Shown here one piece after another: positions 37,732 through 46,534 of a stretch of DNA of 64,000 nucleotides. The translations under genes were made by a program, and so were the position numbers. Position 1 is the first letter of the stretch. Each line of letters begins with the position of its first letter. The notes under the pieces are model-generated. The model worked only from the letters and a program-made list of their open reading frames with translations, had not been told where the DNA came from and ran no database searches. The stretch covers positions 62,001-126,000 of the IMG/VR virus record IMGVR_UViG_3300013120_000738; one strand, written 5' to 3'.

Positions 37732-37796
37732 TTGAAAAGCGACTTAGTACAATCAGACTCTAGGGTTTGAAAAGCGACTAGGGACCATCAGACTCT
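37732..37796 (+). repeat. Degenerate repeat copy (37732-37760) abutting exact copy 2 (37761-37796)
   Basis: TTGAAAAGCGACTtagtacaATCAGACTC (4 mismatches in 29 bp) directly followed by the exact 36-mer. Confidence 0.93.
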
Positions 37797-37960
37797 GAGA
37801 TTATTGCTGTCATACCATCCATCAGAGATCTGCCAGCATCCATATCACCCGTCAATTCAAGAGCATACCATGGGTCCATTCCTCTAGAAACCAAATCTTG
37901 GTATGATGCTTCCCTAACATTCTTGGATTTACAGGCAACACAGGTCCCATATTCCGCCAT
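37778..37960 (-). CDS. Small hypothetical protein, possibly truncated by the repeat
   Basis: CVAC motif; TAG stop lies inside the repeat. Confidence 0.5.
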   Translation of the reverse strand: MAEYGTCVACKSKNVREASYQDLVSRGMDPWYALELTGDMDAGRSLMDGMTAIISESDGP

Positions 37961-37971
37961 TTGGTCGCAGT

Positions 37972-38243
37972 CTAGACATATTCGCCGCCGCTAAGTCTAT
38001 TAAGTTTTCTTTCAGTACATCTTGGTTTAATATCGATACCATGTATAGTTGCTTCAGGGCCAAAATATCTCTGCCATAATAGCAAAGAACCACCAAATTT
38101 GACACCAATTTCTAGGACATGTATTGGTTTGCCACGAAAACGACTAAAATGCCGATCATATATTTCGAAATAATGTTTCCATTTATTACTTCTGTTTCTA
38201 CGATCTCAATTTTCGTAGAAGAATTTTTCTATATCATTAGCAT
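37972..38243 (-). pseudogene. Truncated class I SAM methyltransferase
   Basis: Manual translation NDIEKFFYEN*DRRNRSNKWKHYFEIYDRHFSRFRGKPIHVLEIGVKFGGSLLLWQRYFGPEATIHGIDI; in-frame TGA at 38206-38208, out-of-frame ATG, C-terminal half missing. Confidence 0.85.
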
Positions 38244-38257
38244 ATTTTCTAGGTTTT

Positions 38258-38797
38258 CTAGGTGCCATATCCAGATCTCGTGAAGAATTGTTGTGGCATG
38301 CCCATCATAGAATTCCGAACTGCCATTGGTTCTTCAAAGGATCTGGCGACAGATGGTCTGAGGTCGATATATCCGGCATCATGTTGAGATAGTACTCTAG
38401 TTATGAATGTAATGATTTTTCTAGGTGTCGTTTGTCTTCTAGCGTTTGAATAACTCTCTGGTATTACTACTACTCCATTACTTATCTGTCTAGCAAGATC
38501 CTTCAAATCATTATGGAATGTATCACCAAGATACATCCTCTGATTGCCAAGTACGAATAGGTTCCACCCTAGTGCCGCTTTGCTCTGCATCAAGTCCAAA
38601 TCTTCGACATATGGAACTATTTCTACTTTATTTACAAGGGGTGGAATAAATAGAGGTAGATCCTGAACTAGGGCTGGATATAATTGGCGGTCGAAACTTT
38701 CTACAAAGCCCTTTTCCAGAAAGTACTTAATGAGAAGTCGCCTGACCACCTCTGTATTAGAGGCATGTTTGATGGCGTCGATAGTGTGTGAGTCCAT
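38258..38797 (-). CDS. Hypothetical protein
   Basis: 179-aa ORF with GAGG SD. Confidence 0.75.
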   Translation of the reverse strand: MDSHTIDAIKHASNTEVVRRLLIKYFLEKGFVESFDRQLYPALVQDLPLFIPPLVNKVEIVPYVEDLDLMQSKAALGWNLFVLGNQRMYLGDTFHNDLKDLARQISNGVVVIPESYSNARRQTTPRKIITFITRVLSQHDAGYIDLRPSVARSFEEPMAVRNSMMGMPQQFFTRSGYGT

Positions 38798-38822
38798 GAA
38801 TCTACCTCATTAGTATATTTTC

Positions 38823-39008
38823 ATGATGGGTACCACAATGAAAGTTGAGAAAAAAGGCAAGAAATTAGTGATAGAGGTTGACTTAAAAGAAGCAACCCCA
38901 TCCAAATCTGGAAAAACATTAATTATCGCCCATGAGTCAGGAAAAACTCCAATAAAGGTGGATGGCAAACCAGTTAGTATTAACGTGATTGCTACTATAC
39001 CAAAATGA
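38823..39008 (+). CDS. Small hypothetical protein (PSKSGKT motif)
   Basis: LVIEVDL....PSKSGKT.IIA...G. Confidence 0.75.
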   Translation: MMGTTMKVEKKGKKLVIEVDLKEATPSKSGKTLIIAHESGKTPIKVDGKPVSINVIATIPK

Positions 39009-39688
39009 CACGTGGAATTATATATTTCGCCTATAAATGTAGATACCTCAAAGAGTGCCACGTATCTATTAGCACTGTGCGTCGTCTAACTGATCTCCCT
39101 ATTACAGTATTCACTCCAACTCCTGATAAATTTCCACAGATAGACGGGGTTGATATAAGTCAGGCCAACCACCGTGGATTGTATGCACAGACTTATGCAT
39201 GTGCCAATAGTCCATACGATGAGACATTATATTTAGATGTTGATACAATAATTATAGATAATGAAGCATTTCTGCCCTTCGAAATGTTACAAAATTTTGA
39301 TGTAGCAGCAGTGCATGCACCATTCAAAGGCTATGTCAAAATGCCAGAACTTCCAGATTGCTTCCCACAATTTAATTGTGGAGTTATATTCTTCAACTCG
39401 AAGGTACAACCAACAATGGAGAGGTGGTTCGAGTACCAACATGGAAAAGATAGAAACCAACCATCCTTTGCATCACTTATGTATGCTTCATCCTGCCGTA
39501 TTGCTACTTTACCGACAGAATGGAATTATCGCGGATTCAAGCACCAATTCATAGAGAATTTCAAGCAAGTCCATATCGCACATAATAGAAGGTTTCACAG
39601 GTTCGTAAAACCAGACGGCTCAGTACGTCATAAAGCAATAATGAGGCACTGGGCTAAGGTACAGAGAGGTTACTTGCTAAAGCAGTAA
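39005..39688 (+). CDS. GT8-like glycosyltransferase
   Basis: RGIIY.A, SPYDETLYLDVD, FNCGVIFF, NQPSF, LP.EWN.R. Confidence 0.85.
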   Translation: MTRGIIYFAYKCRYLKECHVSISTVRRLTDLPITVFTPTPDKFPQIDGVDISQANHRGLYAQTYACANSPYDETLYLDVDTIIIDNEAFLPFEMLQNFDVAAVHAPFKGYVKMPELPDCFPQFNCGVIFFNSKVQPTMERWFEYQHGKDRNQPSFASLMYASSCRIATLPTEWNYRGFKHQFIENFKQVHIAHNRRFHRFVKPDGSVRHKAIMRHWAKVQRGYLLKQ

Positions 39689-40067
39689 ATGCTTTGAAGC
39701 ATTTTTGATATACAATATTATTCTTTACTAATTTACCAAATATAGCAAATGTTCCCATAGGGAAACCAATACAATATATTTCGTCACTATCTTCTTCCAT
39801 CACTAAAAACATCTCATGGGTGATCCGGTCAAACATCCACCCTTTAATCTTTTGATAATCTTGGCTAGCTAGAAATTCTGCATGGCGGAAAAAATGCGTA
39901 CTATCAATTATGGCTACCAAATAGATTTTTGTCCCAGGAGCTTCCGGATTCTCATGTGGTACAAAAACCTCGTCTCCAGGTTCACCAATAAATGGTTTAG
40001 GTTTCCAATTAAATTCGCCATACGTTGGCAGATATGGTTTTACAACCTCGCCTAATTGCTCATACAT
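39654..40067 (-). CDS. Hypothetical protein
   Basis: 137-aa ORF. Confidence 0.65.
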   Translation of the reverse strand: MYEQLGEVVKPYLPTYGEFNWKPKPFIGEPGDEVFVPHENPEAPGTKIYLVAIIDSTHFFRHAEFLASQDYQKIKGWMFDRITHEMFLVMEEDSDEIYCIGFPMGTFAIFGKLVKNNIVYQKCFKAFTALASNLSVP

Positions 40068-40474
40068 TCTTCATCCTTTAGTAGGGCTTCTTTAACTAAG
40101 CTACGTATCCATTCTTCTAGTGTATCGATAGAGTTTATATCATTGAGGTCTAGACAGATACCAGGCCGTTTAGATGCAATCAAACTCCCACGAACACCTA
40201 TACGGGCCTGGACGAAAATCCTTTCTGCTATTTCCACTCCACGCTTATTCCTACCAGGATAGATGTATAATAATATACTATCCTTCGTTTCTTGCTTCTT
40301 AAATAATAGTGTAGGAGATGGTCCTGGATGTCCTTCTATTCTGAGTTCTGGGAACTCTTTACGGAAAGAGTCTGCTAGGCCTTTAACCATGATTTGGTAG
40401 ATGTTCTTTTTCATGGCTAAATCCTTATAAACAATGAGGCCCCGCCAACTTTTGATCGGCGGGGCCTCGGCCAC
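40052..40474 (-). CDS. Hypothetical protein (start probably ATG 40414)
   Basis: AAGGA SD before MKKNIY; the annotated 5' extension covers a hairpin. Confidence 0.6.
   Translation of the reverse strand: MAEAPPIKSWRGLIVYKDLAMKKNIYQIMVKGLADSFRKEFPELRIEGHPGPSPTLLFKKQETKDSILLYIYPGRNKRGVEIAERIFVQARIGVRGSLIASKRPGICLDLNDINSIDTLEEWIRSLVKEALLKDEECMSN
40436..40468 (-). terminator. Strong GC hairpin, possible intrinsic terminator
   Basis: GAGGCCCCGCC-N11-GGCGGGGCCTC perfect 11-bp stem; weak U-tract (ATTGTTT) on the minus strand. Confidence 0.55.
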
Positions 40475-40508
40475 GTTCTTTGTAAATCTTAATTTTCCAT
40501 TTTTAATA

Positions 40509-40578
40509 AGCGGCTCGGACCCTATCCCGGCATCCCCTCGCTCAGTTACGAGGTGTCTTGGGCTTAGACCACAAAGTT
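40509..40578 (-). other. tRNA-like remnant (D arm + anticodon arm only)
   Basis: Minus strand TG-GTCT-aagccca-AGAC-A-CCTCG-taactgag-CGAGG-ggat; no TTCGA T-loop and no acceptor pairing. Confidence 0.3.
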
Positions 40579-40701
40579 AAATGTAATCATTTAACCACTA
40601 TCAAACCACATTCTTCTCATTACTAACATTTTCTGCATCTCTCATTTCATGTGTCGACTGTAAGTTCTTTCGTATACTCGATCTTTGACTTAAATACATT
40701 T

Positions 40702-42069
40702 TTAGCCAGGAACCATATTATGTATCAGGCATTGTCCCCTGATGTTATCCCTGTGTAAGCCAATTTGTCGAGTAGTAGTTCCTAAGAATTGAGCAATATG
40801 TGTTTTCTTAGGTTTTTTGTCACCGAACATCTCAGAGAATGCAGTATAATGCGGTCCGGTCTGAGAGTCGATGTCAAAAACTACTTGGCAATCGCCATCT
40901 GGTAAAGCACAGCGTATTGCCGTCATCACGTCACTCGATTCAACGCATTGTACATGGTCTTCTTGGTCCATATTAACTCCCTCCATCGTCCGGTAATGAA
41001 CCTGCTGTATGGTGAATACGTTGTCGTCCCCATCCTGGACACCCTCTTCCTGCATAAGCACATGCTCCGCTAGTGAAATTGTGGATTCCAACAATGGAGC
41101 ACTTGCATCCCGTAATACACAAATCCGGTCGTCGTGAGCCTCAATAGTAATTCCAGCATCTAACGCGCGTTGCTGCAATAAGAGGTATTCGACGGTAAAT
41201 TCTGGAGGTGTCAAATTACCCTGGAGATAAACGACGTATTGTCGGTCGTCGTTAAAATAATCATCAACAGAATGGTCAAGCCGCATCTTTTTGCAAAGCA
41301 TGATGAGTTCTTTATACATGATCTCATCAGCAGGTGCGGTGATCTTGACTTTCTTTTTGTTGTGTTCTTTGCGTTGATTCTCAGCGAGCTGTTGGCGGAA
41401 ATAATTCCACACATATTCACCAAAGAATCTTACCATTTGTTGGACACTATCGAGGATCTTCCAGGGATTGTCATGGGCGAAATCACCTGGAATGTAGTCG
41501 ATTGGAGATGAGCAGGTTGGTATATTCTGTTCGACCCACCCGTATTCACCCTGAGGCTTGAAAGGCACTTGGTTGTCACAAATGTCCTTATATTGGGCCT
41601 TGGTGATGTACGTTCCTGGAACGAGTTCCGTGTCTCCAGGAGTCTCTACCCGCATCTGCTTGCAATTGGGGCAACTCTCGTATTGCCTATCAATTGGCTT
41701 GGGCAGTCCACGCTCAGTCATCCAATGACTGGAACCACATGCACGACAGTGGAAGTCGTACTTTTTGTGGTATATGATGCCCACAACTCCTCTCCAGATG
41801 GCAATCGCGTATTCATTGTCAGCGATTAGCCGGTCGTCTCTGTAGTCGGCACCAATTGTAGCAGCAAGCTCTCTAGCGAACGCGTGTCGCTTTGCTTGCA
41901 TTTCGGGGTGATTAATGATCTGTTCAGTAATTTCCCCAGCTTTGCGACGTTCCGCGTCGCTAAGACTCGCCATAGTGACATTGGCGATGCTGCCTCGAAT
42001 CAGCAATTCGGGCAATTGTCGTAGTAAAGGCATGGCACATCCTTTGAGAAAAAACCGTTGCACAAACAA
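40702..42069 (-). CDS. Divergent sigma70-like factor with zinc-ribbon insertion
   Basis: Region-2-like helices (..AIWRGV / FFGEYVWNYFRQ) split by CRAC...CPNC; C-terminal LP....VF...HIAQFLGTTTRQIGLHRDNIR region-4-like HTH. Confidence 0.55.
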   Translation of the reverse strand: MFVQRFFLKGCAMPLLRQLPELLIRGSIANVTMASLSDAERRKAGEITEQIINHPEMQAKRHAFARELAATIGADYRDDRLIADNEYAIAIWRGVVGIIYHKKYDFHCRACGSSHWMTERGLPKPIDRQYESCPNCKQMRVETPGDTELVPGTYITKAQYKDICDNQVPFKPQGEYGWVEQNIPTCSSPIDYIPGDFAHDNPWKILDSVQQMVRFFGEYVWNYFRQQLAENQRKEHNKKKVKITAPADEIMYKELIMLCKKMRLDHSVDDYFNDDRQYVVYLQGNLTPPEFTVEYLLLQQRALDAGITIEAHDDRICVLRDASAPLLESTISLAEHVLMQEEGVQDGDDNVFTIQQVHYRTMEGVNMDQEDHVQCVESSDVMTAIRCALPDGDCQVVFDIDSQTGPHYTAFSEMFGDKKPKKTHIAQFLGTTTRQIGLHRDNIRGQCLIHNMVPG

Positions 42070-42159
42070 GATAGGCTAATCGCGCTTTATCGGGGTACCA
42101 CTGTATTGTGGCGCACGAGAAGCCAACGTTAAATCGCTCCATCGGGAGGTCAAAAAACA

Positions 42160-42912
42160 ATGTACTGTGACAGTGACGAACTCGAGAGAAACTGGTTCCA
42201 TTGGATACTTGGAACAGCGTCTCCTGACCTAGAGCTCTATCGAAAAAATGGGTTATTGTGGACGAAAATAATCGGAGTTGCAAAACACAGCGGCGAAACA
42301 ATCCTGAAGAGGGGTAAGCCTTTACCAGACCCTTCATATCCTGAAAGATTGCATTGCCTAGCATTTGCTGATCCGATCTACTTTAAAACCGATGATGGTG
42401 ATCCCCAAGACGTCGATTGGGACGCGATCTTGGAAATTCTCGTTTCACAAGCATTTAGTCTAGAATCTGACTCTAGATTACACCTTCTGGACAATCCATT
42501 CGAGCAACTTCTTAATGTGATCCCACATCTAGAAGAAGAGGGATATATTAGGGAACAACCAACCGAAAGTTCGTGGCATGCTATGCTACGAGACGTTCGG
42601 AATATTTGTGATGGTATTTCGACAAGGTTTAATCTGCCGAATGAAGATGAGCAACAAGAATTGGCTAGCAAAGCCTTTGTCCAGGTCTTAGAGAAATTAG
42701 TATCTGGTCGCTTAATATATATGCCCGGTAGAGCACCTGTATTTAATCTCCTGACCACTACCACATATAGGGTAATGTACAGCATCCTAAATAAGCAAAC
42801 GCACCAGCGGCAAGGGATACGCCAGCTTTTGGATGACGCGGCGGCTGGGGTTCTACCCAGTAATGCAGGACGGTCCATCCGTGTCCCACAACTTCCCAAG
42901 AGAGCTATTTAA
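42160..42912 (+). CDS. T4 gp55-like late sigma factor candidate
   Basis: ICDGISTRFN...EQQEL...AF...L......Y..GRAPVFNLLTT...R.MYSILNK resembles gp55 region 2; no region-4 HTH. Confidence 0.55.
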   Translation: MYCDSDELERNWFHWILGTASPDLELYRKNGLLWTKIIGVAKHSGETILKRGKPLPDPSYPERLHCLAFADPIYFKTDDGDPQDVDWDAILEILVSQAFSLESDSRLHLLDNPFEQLLNVIPHLEEEGYIREQPTESSWHAMLRDVRNICDGISTRFNLPNEDEQQELASKAFVQVLEKLVSGRLIYMPGRAPVFNLLTTTTYRVMYSILNKQTHQRQGIRQLLDDAAAGVLPSNAGRSIRVPQLPKRAI

Positions 42913-43022
42913 TAGAGTACCACCCTGAGTACTCCTTCGTATCGTTCCTTATTAGAACACAAAAAGCCTCTTCTGTCAATATATCAAATACGTATCCGAA
43001 AGATGAAACTATTATATACATA

Positions 43023-43319
43023 TTGCTAGCATGTATTGGAAAAAAGGGTATTCCTCCTTTACAGGGTGGTCATATGAAAACTAAACCATACAACACCGAC
43101 ATTCCGCCAGAGTTAAAACAACTTATTGCTGACCACCAAGAAGCAATAGTAATACTTGTCGACAAGAGTGACAAAGAAGACTATGATACAAAAGTGTCAG
43201 CATTCGTGAAAATGTTAGATAAAGATAGCAAACTTGCCAACTTACTTGCTGACATATTAGAGAATCTACATGCACAGGAACGTCGTTGCATCCAGAGTGA
43301 AACCGTTGGTAGTCCGTAA
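43023..43319 (+). CDS. Hypothetical protein (start probably 43074)
   Basis: Helical ORF coupled to the downstream gene. Confidence 0.6.
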   Translation: MLACIGKKGIPPLQGGHMKTKPYNTDIPPELKQLIADHQEAIVILVDKSDKEDYDTKVSAFVKMLDKDSKLANLLADILENLHAQERRCIQSETVGSP

Positions 43320-44217
43320 ACGGTCTGCGATTAACGTTCCCAAGACTGTCAAAATAGTTGCAAAGCCAAAAGCCGAAAAAGTACTAGATTTAAAAGACAT
43401 TCGGCGAATAGAACCACGCAAGGCAGTACGCACACCTCCCGCCGCTTCCGTCGCCCAATCCAAAATTCTAAGGCGACATCGCAATATCAGGCGCAAGACC
43501 CAAGTCCGATACGAGACAAGAGAGCCATCCTATGGGTCGATCGAAAAAATAAAAGCCCTACAAGGAATAGGTTGTGGGAATATACTAATAATATTAGGGA
43601 ATGGCCCATCATTATTAGAAGTATCAGATATCGACCTTAAGAATATTAAAGAACACGATAAGATCCATACCCTAACAGTCAATAAACCAGACGAGCGAAT
43701 TTGGCCGACAACATATTGGGCATTCTTCGATTATTCACAACTAAGACGCCATGAGGACTTATGGAATTCCTATCATGGCACTATGTTTAATTCTACAGCT
43801 ATACGAAAACAAAAACAATCTTCTATGCAATTTAAGAATCATAGAGGGCAAGGCTGGAGTAAAGACCCAAGCAAAGGGATTTATATCGGACGATCATCAG
43901 TTTATGCTTCAATGCAGATAGCAGCATGGATGAATTATGATCATATTTATATATTAGGCTGCGATATGAATCCTAGCGGAATAGATGGTAAATTACATTT
44001 TTATGGCGTCAATCCAGATGTCGAACCAGAATTACGGGCTAAAAGATTTGCAAAAGAAGCAGAATGGTATGATACAGCAGCAGTAGTATTAAGCCCAGAA
44101 GAAAGAACTAGATTTACTTTTGTGACCGACTACAATCCTTGGGACTTTGTTAAGAAATTCGGGAATATAACGCATAGAGACTTAACACCCATAATAGAAC
44201 ACGCTAATCGACTCTGA
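43270..44217 (+). CDS. Maf/DUF115 (MptE-like) domain protein, putative CMP-sugar transferase
   Basis: IILGNGPSL, SS.YA.MQ.A.WM.Y..IYILGCDM, HFYG. Confidence 0.75.
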   Translation: MHRNVVASRVKPLVVRKRSAINVPKTVKIVAKPKAEKVLDLKDIRRIEPRKAVRTPPAASVAQSKILRRHRNIRRKTQVRYETREPSYGSIEKIKALQGIGCGNILIILGNGPSLLEVSDIDLKNIKEHDKIHTLTVNKPDERIWPTTYWAFFDYSQLRRHEDLWNSYHGTMFNSTAIRKQKQSSMQFKNHRGQGWSKDPSKGIYIGRSSVYASMQIAAWMNYDHIYILGCDMNPSGIDGKLHFYGVNPDVEPELRAKRFAKEAEWYDTAAVVLSPEERTRFTFVTDYNPWDFVKKFGNITHRDLTPIIEHANRL

Positions 44218-44231
44218 CGTATTATGGAGGC

Positions 44232-44765
44232 ATGAGTAAGCCTCTAAAATCTCTAAAGAAAAGAAGCCAATTACCAGAGCTACTTAACGAACTAGGTTTA
44301 ACGGGTTTTGGTATCGAGCTAGGCGTCGCTGCCGGTCTTTTTTCATCTCTGATTTTAAAGAAAAGTCAACTACAATTATTATTCTCCGTGGATCTCTGGG
44401 GTACTCGTTGCCACGATGATGAGCAATATAAAGCAGTAGTTGATAAATTATCTGAATTTGGTCAAAGAAACGCAATCTTAAGATTAAGCTTTAGCGAAGC
44501 TGCTCGTCTTTTCCGAAATGATCTGTTTGATTTTATCTATGTTGACGGGAATGCCAGAAAAGGCCAGGAAGGCGGAAAGACGCTTCACGAATGGTGGCCC
44601 AAATTAAAAAGTGGCGGGATCTTCGCTGGTCACGATTATGATAAAGAACACTGGCCATATAATGTTGAAATGATAGATGCCTTCGTAGAAGAGCATCATT
44701 TAACACCAGAAGACAGATTTTCCTCATGGTATTGCCAAAAAGGACTTGATCGGAGAATAATATGA
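44232..44765 (+). CDS. Class I SAM methyltransferase (Methyltransf_24-like)
   Basis: GIELGV..G.FS, VDLW, FDFIYVDG, WWPKLK.GGI.AGHDY. Confidence 0.88.
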   Translation: MSKPLKSLKKRSQLPELLNELGLTGFGIELGVAAGLFSSLILKKSQLQLLFSVDLWGTRCHDDEQYKAVVDKLSEFGQRNAILRLSFSEAARLFRNDLFDFIYVDGNARKGQEGGKTLHEWWPKLKSGGIFAGHDYDKEHWPYNVEMIDAFVEEHHLTPEDRFSSWYCQKGLDRRII

Positions 44766-45148
44766 ATAAGGTTTATATTGCGACGAGATTACATAATGCG
44801 GCTAGAGCACAAGAAATAAAGGAGAAACTCTACGCATTAGGTATTGAGATCACTTACGACTGGACCAAGCATGGACAAGTATATAGTGAGGAGGAATTAA
44901 GAGCCTTCGGTGAAGAGGAAGAAAACGGAGTAAGGACGTGTGATGTCCTTCTGATGATATTTCCAGGTGGATGCGGTAGTCATTGGGAAGCAGGCTTAGC
45001 CAGAGGTCTTAATATACCTATCGTACTTCTAATGGAGAAAGAAGTAGAACAAAAAACCTTTTATTATCTTGATGGTGTGCATCAAACAAAAACAGAAGAT
45101 GAAGCCATCAAGAAAGTGCTCACATTGTTAGGGAGATCCGATGTTTAA
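44762..45148 (+). CDS. Nucleoside 2-deoxyribosyltransferase / dNMP N-glycosidase family protein
   Basis: KVYIA, YDWT, V..CDVL, GGCGSHWEAGLA (catalytic Glu). Confidence 0.8.
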   Translation: MNKVYIATRLHNAARAQEIKEKLYALGIEITYDWTKHGQVYSEEELRAFGEEEENGVRTCDVLLMIFPGGCGSHWEAGLARGLNIPIVLLMEKEVEQKTFYYLDGVHQTKTEDEAIKKVLTLLGRSDV

Positions 45149-45839
45149 CAAATTAGAACTTGATGTAATGCAAGCCAATGAATTAATCGAAGCAGCTAAT
45201 CTAGCAGCTAAGTATAAATTCCCAGCGATTGTGGTTCACCCAGCTATTACGTCAGAAGCTATGATGGCACGTGGTAGAGCTGGCGGGCAATATAAAATTA
45301 TTACACCAGTAGACTGCCCAAAAGGTGAAGTCTTCGGCATGACAAAATTTAGGGGCCTATCAACAGATGCCTTAGATGCTGATGGTTTTGAAATTATGTT
45401 GACTGCCGGGAAAACAGTCACAGATACAAGAAATGAAGCCAAATCTCTAACTGACTTTATCAAACAACATCTCACAGAACTAACAGAAGTAAGATTTGTG
45501 TTTGGTGTTTTCTCGAGAACCGAAGAAGATATAGCCACATTATGTGAAGCTTTGTTGGACGTCCGGATGCCAGCGATGATCAGGACTGACCATCAACTTA
45601 AATTACAAATAAGCAAAGCCAACGCAGATACACACAATCAAGTAATAGATAAAATCCTCGAGAAAGTAAAGGTTCCTATCAAATTATCAGCAAATATCAA
45701 TAGTGTGCGTACAATCACTTCTTGCGATAGAGCATCTAGGTTTGCTGTTAATGTATTACAAGCAAAGGCAATAATTAAGGAATTCCAGAACCAACCACAA
45801 GAGTTAAGAGGAATGCTCGAAAGTGGATCTCCTCAGTAA
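45141..45839 (+). CDS. DeoC (deoxyribose-phosphate aldolase)-like TIM barrel, probably catalytically altered
   Basis: A.KY.F.AIVV.P, KI.T.V..P.G....K, ADG.E, IKLS, A.R follow the DeoC pattern; Schiff-base KTS appears as RTD. Confidence 0.6.
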   Translation: MFNKLELDVMQANELIEAANLAAKYKFPAIVVHPAITSEAMMARGRAGGQYKIITPVDCPKGEVFGMTKFRGLSTDALDADGFEIMLTAGKTVTDTRNEAKSLTDFIKQHLTELTEVRFVFGVFSRTEEDIATLCEALLDVRMPAMIRTDHQLKLQISKANADTHNQVIDKILEKVKVPIKLSANINSVRTITSCDRASRFAVNVLQAKAIIKEFQNQPQELRGMLESGSPQ

Positions 45840-46179
45840 TGTAACATGTCCTGATTGTGGTTTAAAGCATAGTTATACCTATTCTGATACTTATTGTGAA
45901 CCTAATAGAGTATATGTTGATTGTATATATTGTGGAACCAAAATTCAAGTAGCAGCGTCAGAAGAAGTAACAGAAAGAAAACCAATAGAAGAAGAGATCC
46001 CTGTATTAGAAACAGGGACGGTTGTACGAGTAACAAACGAACAACACGTTTGGCATAACCAAATAGGCATAATAAAAGACAAGAAACACAAACACTACAG
46101 AATAGAGATATTTGGGGCACTTCTGTGGGTTCCATCTGATTGGGTAGAAGAACATGAGCTTAATGATGCTAATCCATGA
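45823..46179 (+). CDS. Zinc-ribbon + KOW/SH3-like protein
   Basis: CPDC...CIYC; GTVVRV......QIGII. Confidence 0.65.
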   Translation: MDLLSNVTCPDCGLKHSYTYSDTYCEPNRVYVDCIYCGTKIQVAASEEVTERKPIEEEIPVLETGTVVRVTNEQHVWHNQIGIIKDKKHKHYRIEIFGALLWVPSDWVEEHELNDANP

Positions 46180-46534
46180 GCTTGGCGATGATGCCGACCT
46201 CTTAGTAAGGCAAGACTCTTGGCTGGAGCAACAACGGAGAGAAACAGCCACCAAATTAGATAGACTGACAAGTGAATTGCGGTCTATAATATTAGCACAA
46301 CGTATCAAAAGCACACTACAACAAAGAAATATGGTCGCCGTCTTAGATGACGAACGCGATCAACAGGGTGAAATAGCATGTCTAAGTGTCCTCATCAAGA
46401 ATCTCCCAGATGCCCTAAAAGACTTTGACAGATCAAGACATGACCCCAATAAAAGACTTAGTGCCGGTGCCCAAATAGCAGGGTGGAAAGCTGATGGACA
46501 CGACGTAGAAGCATCAAGAGCACTAAGAGATTAA
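46154..46534 (+). CDS. Hypothetical protein
   Basis: 126-aa ORF within the operon. Confidence 0.65.
   Translation: MSLMMLIHELGDDADLLVRQDSWLEQQRRETATKLDRLTSELRSIILAQRIKSTLQQRNMVAVLDDERDQQGEIACLSVLIKNLPDALKDFDRSRHDPNKRLSAGAQIAGWKADGHDVEASRALRD

Noticed and set aside
37094-37796. CRISPR array (36-bp repeats containing GTTTGAAA)
   Set aside because: Only two exact copies 667 bp apart plus one degenerate copy with zero spacer; no 25-45-bp spacers and no cas genes in the window.
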